Positions 1 through 10,609 are shown, counted from the first letter of the stretch. The stretch is DNA of 15,824 nucleotides from Octopus sinensis (GCF_006345805.1 NW_021825370.1:1-15824), one strand, 5' to 3'. The notes: generated from the letters alone by a model not told the origin. Program-made: numbers and translations.

Positions 1-123
1 CACACACATACATACATTCACATACACACACAAACACACACATACATACATTCACATACATACTCATAAATAAACGTGCATACTCACATACATAGACTGA
101 CAACAACTGATACACGCACACGC

Positions 124-170
<47 letters not shown>

Positions 171-630
171 CATACAAACACATTGGCAAACAACGACTCA
201 TAAGCGAGCGCACACACATTCACACACACATTCACACACACACACAAAGCCATGCAAATACACACACTGATACATACAGTGACGTACAACTACACACACG
301 CACACGCACACTTACACACACACATACACACACGCACACGCACACTTACACACACACACACACACACGCACACTTACACACACACATACACACACACACA
401 CGCACGCACACTTACACACACACATACCACACACACACACGCACGCACACTTACACACACACATACACGCGCGCGCGCAAACACGCAAACAGTGAGACAA
501 ACATAAACACATACAGATTGACATCGACCAATACATACCTTCGCATACACACACACACACACAACACACACACATGCACTCTCTTCACACACACAGATAT
601 GTTACACACATGCATATTCATACGCACACA
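1..630. repeat. Degenerate (CA)n/(CACG)n/(CATA)n microsatellite field
   Basis: Directly visible CA runs with CG/TA interruptions; the HT/CV-rich ORFs here are repeat translations. Confidence 0.95.
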
Positions 631-643
631 TTTTTATTGGCAG

Positions 644-1580
644 AGGTTCTTTCCCCTCTGGCTTAGGCAGAGATCGAACTCTCACTGCTCCACCGTCACC
701 AAATATCCCTCCTGAGACCCATACCACCAACACCAACACCAACACCAACACCAACACCAACACCAACACCAGTACCATCACCACCGCAACCATCGCCGCC
801 GCCTCCACGACAACAACGACAACGACGACGACGACGACCACCACCACCACCACTACCACCACCACCAACACCAACACGACGACGACGACGACCACCACCA
901 CCACGAACACCACCACGACCACCACCACGACCACCACCACGACCACCACCACGACCACCACCACGACCACCACCACCACCACGACCACCACCACGACGAC
1001 GACCACGACGACGACGACGACCACCACCACGACCACCACCACGACCACCACGACCACCACGACGACCACCACGACGACCACCACCACGACCACCACCACG
1101 ACCACCACCACCACCACGACCACCACCACGACGACGACCACGACCACCACCACGACCACCACCACGACCACCACCACGACCACCACGACCACCACGACCA
1201 CCACCACGACCACCACCACGACGACGACCACGACGACCACCACCACGACCACCACCACGACCACCACCACGACGACCACCACCACCACGACGACCACGAC
1301 CACCACCACGACCACCACCACGACGACGACCACGACCACCACCACGACCACCACCACGACCACCACCACGACCACCACGACCACGACGACCACGACCACG
1401 ACGACCACCACGACGACCACCACCACGACGACCACGACCACCACCACGACCACCACCACGACCACCACCACGACCACCACCACGACCACGACCACCGCCG
1501 CCGCCGCCGCCGCCGCAGCCGCTGCCATACCGCGATCTCCCCCCCCAATCTATTCGACAACAGACTCCAGGGCTTTGGTT
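644..1580 (+). CDS. Speculative coding exon: GSFPSGLGRDRTLTAPPSPNIPPET-(Thr-rich tract)-A10-IPRSPPPIYSTTDSRALV
   Basis: The frame with codons starting at 645 is open to TAG 1647-1649. Possible acceptors are tttttattggcag (AG 642-643) or ttcccctctggcttag (AG 665-666); possible donor GTCAGT at 1581. No homolog recognised. Confidence 0.2.
723..1527. repeat. GC-rich compound trinucleotide repeat: (ACCAAC)n, then an ACC/ACG mosaic with a frequent ACCACCACCACG unit, ending in (GCC)n
   Basis: Directly visible. Register is kept over about 800 bp, giving poly-V, G/R and W/S ORFs on the minus strand. Confidence 0.95.
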
Positions 1581-1671
1581 GTCAGTAAACAGTGTAAACA
1601 TGATTTGTTTGTTCCGTTTTGTGTTATTAAACAACCACAAAGTCGATAGAAATGCTTAGTGGTACATCATG

Positions 1672-2222
<551 letters not shown>

Positions 2223-2525
2223 TACAATTATTGGCTCATTTACAGCGTTTTCGCTGTTCCGCTGTTAGTAGCTTCTTTCAATTGTTCAGTCTGATTTTCG
2301 CTTAGCATGCAATACCTGTGGATTTTTGCTGCTGATGAAGCTGAAACAAACAGAAATACGAATTTCGCTTAGACAGCGCCATTACTGGACAACGTTTATC
2401 TGTGCTCTTACAGTTGTGTGTTTTATGTAACAAAGTACGTCTATAAGAGATACTTTCTCGAGATGAATACTGCAATATACCAATCTTTTGGCAATATACA
2501 GCTTCAAGTTTGATATACCGATTGC

Positions 2526-2910
2526 TGGCTGTGTGGTAAGTAGCTTGTTTACCAACCACATGGTTCCGGGTTCAGTCCCACTTCGTGGCATCTTGGGCAA
2601 GTGTCTTCTACTATAGCCTCAGGCCGACCAAAGCCTTGTGAGTGGATTTGGTAGACGGAAACTGAAAGAAGCCCATCGTATATATGTATATATTTATATA
2701 TACGTGTGTGTGTTTGTCCCCCTAGCATTGCTTGACAACCGATGCTGGTGTGTTTATGTCCCCGTTACTTAGCGGTTCGGCAAAAAAGACCGATAGAATA
2801 AGTACTGGGCTTACAAAAAGAATAAGTCTCGAGGTCGAGTTGTATGATTAAAGGCGGTGCTCCAGCATGGCCGTAGTCAAATGACTGAAACAAGTAAAAG
2901 AGTAAAAGAG
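2526..2910 (+). mobile_element. tRNA-derived SINE (cephalopod-type), slightly 5'-truncated
   Basis: A-box-like TGGCTGTGTGG (2526-2536), B-box-like GGTTCAGTCCC (2569-2579), CORE-like CTTGGGCAAGTGTCTT (2592-2607), internal TA/TG microsatellite, and a 3' end GGCGGTGCTCCAGCATGGCC...TGACTGAAACAAGTAAAAGAGTAAAAGAG with a short tandem tail. Resembles recalled Octopus SINEs. Confidence 0.85.
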
Positions 2911-3029
2911 AAACAGTGTATGATATAATATATACATACACACACACATATATTTATATATATATTGAAAATCTTTTTGACATAACTGCAGTACTCAGCA
3001 GTGATATTTACCTTTAGTAACTCGACTAC

Positions 3030-3342
3030 TGAACGATAAAACCAAAGAAAACTCGCCTCTTTGAGCTTTTAAGGTCATTCTCTTGCTTCCGTCTTCCAGC
3101 TTACGTCTGCAGTGAAGAACGTAGCCATTATTTGCCACGGAGCATTTTCGATTTAGCATTCTGAGTGAGATTCGATTGGTGACTTAACATGGACCAAATA
3201 TGAATCGAGTCCTGATGGCTTCAGAGATCTCTGTCTTTTCATCTTCATCAAGTAACTTAGCTGAAATGATGTTAGTACCATCTGATTTTATCTTTTCGTC
3301 CCCAGTTGTCTGTGAGGATAAATAAGTCTTCCTTTTTGCCAT
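3030..3342 (-). pseudogene. Decayed hAT (Buster/Charlie, ZBED5/SCND3-like) transposase N-terminal fragment
   Basis: Minus-strand translation with frameshifts gives MAKRKTYLSSQTTGDEK... (ATG at 3342), SLKPSGLDSYL (from 3227; cf. SMKPSKLxRHL) and KAQ/EASFL..YR (3033-3069; cf. KALEASYxVxYR). Confidence 0.55.
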
Positions 3343-3396
3343 TTAAAAGAAATCATCCAGGAACTAAATTCATCAAACATTGTTTATACCTTATGG

Positions 3397-3590
3397 CAGT
3401 GGTTTTCAACCAGGGTTCCGCCAGTACAGTCCAGGGGTTCCGCAAGAAGTTACAAAGCTGCTAAAATCGGCAGTAATTTCTAAGTCTCCTGTGCAGTGCA
3501 TAAGACTATTAAATTATTGCACAGGGGTTCCTCGAGCCAGTGGAATGTTTCCTTGGGGTTCCGCTCCAGCAAAAAGTTTGAAAAGCACTG
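3397..3590. mobile_element. Complete 194-bp non-autonomous hAT element (MITE)
   Basis: TIRs CAGTGGTTTTCAACC and the reverse-complement end CAGTGCTTTTCAAAC (13/15 identical). Perfect 8-bp TSD CCTTATGG at 3389-3396 and 3591-3598 with a central TA. Four GGGTTCC(GC) subterminal motifs. Confidence 0.92.
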
Positions 3591-3905
3591 CCTTATGGAT
3601 TCAGAGGAAGATTTTTTGTCTCGATTTTAATGGAATAATTGATGAATGAAGCCATGTTAATCTTTGTTTTTGTTTCGATGTCGAAAAAGTTCATCAGTGA
3701 TTTCTGTTCATTTCGAGTTACAGGTGAGTGTAATGAACCAAATTATTAAAAATCAAATTGTTCAGAATTTCTGGACATAAGTCATTGTACCATGACAACC
3801 ATGCCTATAAAGAGTCCTCCAACGAAGCTAGATAGCTTATTTCTTTAGTCGTTATCAGAAGTCACTATCCTGAAGTTCTTTAATCCTTCTACTAATTCTC
3901 ATTCT

Positions 3906-5150
3906 TTAATTTTGTATTATGAAAGTTACAAAGAAGTTTTCTATATTCATCTATATTTGATCAGTAATGTTGTCAGCGCATTAATACAATGGAAAAATTT
4001 CCTGTTTCGGGAATATATACGCTGCACATAATTCCAAGTATTCAGTAACGGGTTTTTGTCTAGTACTGGGTTCTCGTATTTGCTGTTGATAGCCATTCAT
4101 TCTTTTCCTCAAAGATTATTCCGTTTATCGTATATAACCTCCATTGCATTCATTACATTTAATATCATAAACTGAATTTCTTGTTGCACAAACGAAGCTA
4201 CATTTTACGGTAGATATCTGTTTTATGGTACGTAAATATTCTTTGTGGTAAATATAGGATTTAAATTCATAAGCTACGCCTTCAACAAAGTTAATGCAGA
4301 TTTCGCTGTTAGAGTGACTACGTTTTATTTTTTACTGTGAGAGCTGTAATTCGGTATCGGTTAGCAATTTCTTTTTCCGATTTTCATGGTTCTTTAATTT
4401 TCTTTCTAAATATTTGTCGTGCTTCGACAAATTCTTGCATATTTCCCCAGTAAGGGTATATTTTATATTCTTGGATATTCTTGGATATTTCCCCAGAAAG
4501 GGTATATTTTGAAAAAAAATATGTTTGTGTCTGTTCCTCACGGATTAATGTGTTGATGCACCGGATAAAACTCTGAATTTTTTTGCCCTTTACAATTCTT
4601 AAATATTTAATGCACTGGAACGCTCTATTCCATTTTCATCAAATGGTGCTAGGTACTGTGTTTCGAGTAAAATTATAACTAATTTTTGAAGAGATTTTGC
4701 TTCTTGCCAAATTAATGTATTGGTTCATGCATGTTAGAGAGATCAAAAAGTAAATAACAAATGTCGGCTTGGAGTTAGTTGGTTTAAAGTAAATGACGGT
4801 TTCGATGTCTTTGTTTCTTTCAATGACTAAATTACCAACACCTACAAAGCTAGTTGATTTGTTTTAGCATGTTTCTTTGTAAATACTATTATTTATGTTG
4901 CTAATTAAAATTTAATCTAATCAAGTTTATCTACGCTGTATATCAACAAGGTAATACAATCATCCAATTAACGTTTCTAGTTGCCATACTTTAATCTGGA
5001 TTGTTACGAGCGATCGAACTTCGAAGTACGACATGATTAAATTAGCGTAAGTTGAGGCAACTGTTGTTACCATCATGGTTCCACATATTTGTCGATATAT
5101 GTAACCACTGAATAAGTTTTAAAAGAGCATCTAGAAAATTACCGAGTTCG
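3906..5150 (-). mobile_element. Decayed Penelope-like element: RT (YLDD type, Neptune/Poseidon-like) plus C-terminal GIY-YIG endonuclease
   Basis: Minus-strand translation with stops and frameshifts: YRQICGTMMVTTVASTYANLIMSYFE (from 5097; cf. YxQxxGTAMGTxxAPxYANLxM), N*KR*LDDC (xLDD at 4970-4959; cf. WKRYLDDC), IETVIYFKPTNSK (~4800), KKKLLTD linker, then CATRNSVYDIKCNECNGGYIR*TE*SLRKRMNGYQQQIREPSTRQ...EIFPLY (VY..YI at 4172-4128), stop at 3908-3906. Confidence 0.85.
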
Positions 5151-5429
5151 CCTATTACATTTTATACATTAAATGCTAATATTTTAAATTTATGCAATAT
5201 AGTGTAATTATATAATATTACACACACACACACACAAACTTGTAATACATTTATGAACAATAACCTAGAACCCAACCAGTAATACCGTCTCTAACTTTAT
5301 TGCTTGAAATTAGTGCCTGTACACACACATTTATTATATACACATATGTGTATATAAAAAATACATTCATACTTATATATGTATCTACGTTTGTATATGC
5401 GTCTACCCTACTCACTTTCCTTTCGTATC

Positions 5430-5716
5430 TGTCTGTGTGTCTGTCTCTCCTCCCTCTCCCCCTCTCTCCCTCTCTCCCTCTCTCCCTCTCTCCCCTCCCC
5501 CTCTCTCCCTTCCCCCCTCTCCCCCTCGCTCTATCTCTGCTCTGAGTATGTGAGTATTTTATTGATAGATTGAATAATAGCTAACTAAATAAATGAACGG
5601 ATACGTATATGGAAAGACATAATACGGCAAGGTAGATAGATACACACACACGTAGATAAATAGATAGAGAGGAAGACAGAGAGAGAGTGAGAGAGAGAGA
5701 GAGAGGCGGGTGGGAA

Positions 5717-5749
<33 letters not shown>

Positions 5750-5889
5750 AAAGGAGAGATAGATAGATAGATAGATAAATAGAGAGTGAGAGCAATAAAC
5801 GGATCTGAGACAAAAGATGAAAAAGCGATAGAGGGAGCTGGCTAGATTAAGATAGAGACTGCCATATAAATGGAGAGGGAGATTGAGAG

Positions 5890-5941
<52 letters not shown>

Positions 5942-6012
5942 CAGAGAGATGAAGGTAAGGAGGGAAGGAGAGAGAGATGGATGGAGGAAGGGAGAGAGGG
6001 AGGGAAAGGGAG
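5430..6012. repeat. Polypyrimidine (CT/CCT) tract followed by polypurine (GA)n, (GATA)n and GGA-rich tracts
   Basis: Directly visible; long pure (GA)n at about 5885-5938. Confidence 0.9.
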
Positions 6013-6309
6013 AGAATTCCAAAGCCAGAAAGCCAAACCAAATAATGTTTTAGAATGATTTATCAAAGTTTTAATAAATCCGACCGAATATTGAGTAAAA
6101 GTGACAGAAAAAGCTGGCGAAATGGCCTGGACGGTATTGAACTTATGTCTAAGGATAAACAGCCAGAGGCTGACATACGGCAATATAGAATCTGATTGGA
6201 CAGATAACGGTCATAGAGCGATTAATTGATCTGGAAGTGGTGTGGTTGGTGGGTGTGGGGTTGGCATTCACGGAGGGGTTTGGTGATGTGGTAAGTGCAT
6301 CTGAGCGCG

Positions 6310-6409
6310 CGCCTGTGAGTAAGTACGTGTGTGCGTGTGTATGTGAATAGGTGTGAGTGCGCGTGCGTGCGTGCGTACTCCTATGTACCAGCGTATGTGA
6401 GACAATGAA

Positions 6410-6442
<33 letters not shown>

Positions 6443-6728
6443 CTCAGTACTTGTGTGTATGTGATGGGATGGGGAAGTAGGTGTGTGCGCGTATGTGTAT
6501 GTGTATGTGTGTGTGTGTATGTGCATGCATGTGCGATGATGTCGGCTGATATACATAGAAACACATATACACGTATACATACACTCACTCACACACACAC
6601 ACACACACACACGCGCACACACACACACACAAACACACACATATATGAGACTTCATATGTATATGTGTGTGTATATATATGTGTTTTACATATGTTATGT
6701 ATATGTTATATATATTATATATATTATA

Positions 6729-6761
<33 letters not shown>

Positions 6762-7230
6762 GTGTGTGTTTATATATATATATGTTATATATATATGTAT
6801 ATACACGCATATATATATATACATACGCATGTGAAGATGTATGGATCCATATATGTTAGTATGTATATATACATATATATATGTGTGTGTGTGTGTGTAT
6901 ACATGTGTGTATGTATATGTGTGTATACACATATGCGTATGTATGAATGAATGTGAAGACATACATGCATAGATTTGTCTGTGTGTTGGCGTTACACATG
7001 CGTATATATAGCATATCTATATGCGTGCATGTGTGCACATGTTCGTCTACGCATAGGTGTATACTTAAATGTATGTATATTTAGAAATGTAATTATGTGT
7101 ACGCCCATACGTGTCTATATAAGTATATTCGTATAGTCGGTAGCGGTTGCGTGCGAGTTGTGTGTGTATGCGTGTTGTGCGTGTGTGCGTGTGCGTGTGG
7201 TGTGTGTGTGTGTGTGTACATATGCATGTG
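6310..7230. repeat. Mosaic of (TG)n, (CA)n and (TA)n microsatellites
   Basis: Directly visible. Confidence 0.9.
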
Positions 7231-7237
7231 TATGTGC

Positions 7238-7337
7238 ATACATACATACATGCATACATACATACATACATACATACATGCATACATATATACATGCATA
7301 CATACATACATACATACATACTTACATACATACATAC

Positions 7338-7368
<31 letters not shown>

Positions 7369-7860
7369 CATACATACATGCATACATACATACATGCATA
7401 CATACATACATACTTACATACATACATACATACATACATACATGCATACATACATACATGCATACATACATACATACATACATACTTACATACATACATA
7501 CTTACATACATACATACATACATACATACATGCATACATACATACATGCATACATACATACATACATACATACATACATGCATACATACATACATACATA
7601 CATACATACATACATACATGCATACATACATGCATGCAATAATACATACATACATACATACATACATACATACATACATACATACATACATACATACATG
7701 CATACATACATACATACATACATACATACATACATACATGCATGCATACATACATACATACATGCATACATACATACATACATTCATGCATACATACTAC
7801 ATGCATACATACATATACGTACGTACATGCTCATATGCATACATACACACATACACACAT
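7238..7860. repeat. (ATAC)n tetranucleotide array with ATGC and TTAC variant units
   Basis: Directly visible; explains the HTYI/MYVC ORFs. Confidence 0.95.
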
Positions 7861-8099
7861 AAATATATACACTTGTGTCTGTGTATGTGCGTGCAAGTTG
7901 TATGTCTACGCATGTTTGAACTGACTGCACATATTCGTACGCACACGCACGCGAAATTAAGTGCACACGTGCATAAGTTTACATCTATATGTATACACGT
8001 ATGCGCACGGTCACACCCACATAGTTATACACATACATTCAGAACAAACAAGCGCACACAAGATTGTGCACTCACAGATGCATGTATGCATGTGACATG

Positions 8100-8168
8100 A
8101 TATATAAAAGTGTCTTCAGTTCTCTCTCTCTCTTTATTATATATATTATATATATAGTATATATATAT

Positions 8169-8199
<31 letters not shown>

Positions 8200-8217
8200 T
8201 ATATAATATAATGTATA

Positions 8218-8254
<37 letters not shown>

Positions 8255-8429
8255 TATATGGTTATATATAATATATACATACATGAAGCTCTGTATTAAG
8301 AAAATATATTGCCTGTACCAATTCCGGTGATATCAATTCCGGTTTATATATACTTACACGCAAATACATATTAATTTTATGTCTGTCTGTCTGTCTCCCT
8401 CTATCTGTGTATATATGTATATATATATA

Positions 8430-8467
<38 letters not shown>

Positions 8468-8499
8468 ATATATATATATGTATATTATATATATATAGA

Positions 8500-8537
<38 letters not shown>

Positions 8538-8571
8538 GCATGTATATATATATTTATTTTTATATATATAC

Positions 8572-8616
<45 letters not shown>

Positions 8617-8742
8617 GTATATGCATATATTTCACACACACACATACATATGTATACATTTATATGTATGCATAAATATATGTTATATGTAATGTATCTC
8701 TGTCTGTCTGTCCGTTTCTCCTTTTTCTCTCCTGTCGCTTGT

Positions 8743-8790
<48 letters not shown>

Positions 8791-8900
8791 TATTATATAT
8801 ATATAATATAATATTATATATGTATGTATATATGTAATATATATATAGTATATATATATATATATAATAATATAATATATATATGTATATTTACATACGT

Positions 8901-8943
<43 letters not shown>

Positions 8944-8965
8944 GTATTTATGTATGTATATATTT
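8100..8965. repeat. (TA)n-dominated low-complexity field with short unique spacers
   Basis: Directly visible. Confidence 0.9.
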
Positions 8966-9399
8966 AAAGTGCAATATATGGATTCATAGAATCCTCTAGT
9001 AATCACAAAAGAGCTCCTCTAGTGGATCTGGCTAACATATCACGTAGTAATCCAATACGGAGGAGTGTAATGTAGAGTCCAATTGATCCAATCAATGAAA
9101 TTATTTCATGAGGAGTATTTAGATCATGAAATGTCAAGAAGAATGAGAGAAGAATATATATGTATTTCACCAGTTGATAATCATAGGATGACGGCCGTTT
9201 CGCAGCCTTTATCATGTAATAATTTGTATTTTAGTGTGTCATGAATTATTTTACAAACCTGCACTAATATTCATGCTATACATTGCTTAGTGCTATTGTT
9301 CATTTAGTTCATTTACAAATCAATACAAATATAGAACGCTAGTTCTTGAGATCAACAAAACGTTCAGGTTACATCATTTTTTCAACTCCTCATAACGTC

Positions 9400-10466
9400 A
9401 CCTCAAAAACTTAGAAAAATATCTATTAAATATCGCCCGTAATATTAAATTTGAAAAGAATACTACAAAGAATAATTACCTCTGTAAACGGAAAGATTTG
9501 CCTAAAAAGCTACGAAATGCTGCTGGAATCTTGATCCCAGCTGATAAAACTGGGAACTTATATTGTCTAAATCTGAAAACATATAATACCCACATCCTAC
9601 AAGAACTTAATAAGGAATATAAATTGGCGCCAAACTCAGACCTAATAAGTATTAAGGACATATTATTGTAAAAATCTTTGAATAAAATGACAGAACAGAA
9701 CCTTTCCTACCAAGAACTCCTTAAGGATCATAAACATAATCTTGTAAGTAAAGCTTCCGTTAGATTAATCAGTCCAACTAAATCAGACATCGGTAGGTTA
9801 ATCAAACTCATTATAGACAGAATCATACCTATACTCAAAAAGAAAATATCTCTTAGTCTGTGGTCTAATACACAGAAGTAATTAATTGGTTTAATGATAT
9901 TAATAATAAAATAAAGATTAAGTTTCTGTGGATCAATATTAATAATTACTACACTTCCATCTCTCTCTATACCCCTAACCAAAGCTCTTATCTTTGCTAT
10001 GAAGAACACAAGTTTAATCAAAAACAATGTAGATATCATTCTAGCAGCTATGAGAACAATTATTAAATTTTATGATAAACGTCGGACTACAAAAAATAGG
10101 CAAAATAATTTTGATATCACCATGGGATCTAATGACTCTGCGCAATCACTGACATTGTGGGGGATATGCTATTTATACTGTATTAAAGAAGAATTTCATA
10201 ATCTTGAAAGTGGTCTTTATAGGGACGATGCTTTGCTCATTTTACGCAATTCCAGTAATGCTGACTATGTTAGAATTAGGAAAAAACTTATTAAACACTT
10301 TAAGAATGTAGGTTTGTTCAATACATTTGATAAAAACTCGAAAATAGTAAACTTTCTAGACGTCAGTTTAGATCTTAATACAAGTCTTTACATAAACCAA
10401 CTCAGATTATAGAATATGCGTGAAATTGATAAAAATTGTCCTACGGATATGCCCAATGCAACTGTG
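9400..10466 (+). mobile_element. Decayed Penelope-like element RT, YRDD type (probably Naiad-like), 3'-truncated
   Basis: Translation with stops and frameshifts: LKNLEKYLLNIARNIKF...LIPADKTGNLY (PADKTGN 9537-9557), KDHKHN...VRLISPTKSDIG, VINWFNDI, NYYTSIS, LTKALIFA, FDITMGSNDSAQ (from 10110), GLYRDD (YRDD 10218-10229), VNFLDVSLDLNT; possible linker remnant KNCPTD...ATV (10431-10466). Confidence 0.85.
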
Positions 10467-10496
10467 AACCCCCCCCCCCAAAAAAAAAACTTGCTT

Positions 10497-10532
10497 ATTA
10501 ATAATAATAATAATAATACTAATAACAGTACA

Positions 10533-10609
<77 letters not shown>

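Noticed and set aside
602-1640. Long minus-strand ORFs (poly-Val 308 aa, Gly/Arg 314 aa, Trp/Ser 235 aa)
   Set aside because: These are the three readings of the GGT/CGT repeat, which contains no stop codons; the flanks are not protein-like.
2332-2347. CTGATGA-AGCT-GAAAC hammerhead-like core on the plus strand
   Set aside because: No stem III, GUH site or stem I partner follows, and no PLE is adjacent in this orientation.
2302-2559. 85-aa minus ORF in unique-looking sequence
   Set aside because: It starts inside the SINE; no recognisable domain or splice support.
2526-2582. tRNA gene
   Set aside because: A and B boxes are present but no intact cloverleaf; it continues into a SINE body. The same applies to 11500-11570.
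6055-6195. Short plus ORF MIYQSFNKSDRILSKSDRKSW...
   Set aside because: Short, no recognisable homolog, and no donor site before its stop.
6419-8700. Numerous HT/YI/CV/MYVC ORFs
   Set aside because: Translations of di- and tetranucleotide microsatellites.
8992-9024. TCCTCTAGT direct repeat as a possible TSD or CRISPR-like unit
   Set aside because: Only two 9-bp copies about 15 bp apart, with nothing element-like between them and no array.
9400-10412. Selenocysteine recoding in the YRDD-type PLE
   Set aside because: The interrupting stops I read are TAA/TAG plus frameshifts, not conserved TGA, so this is ordinary decay.
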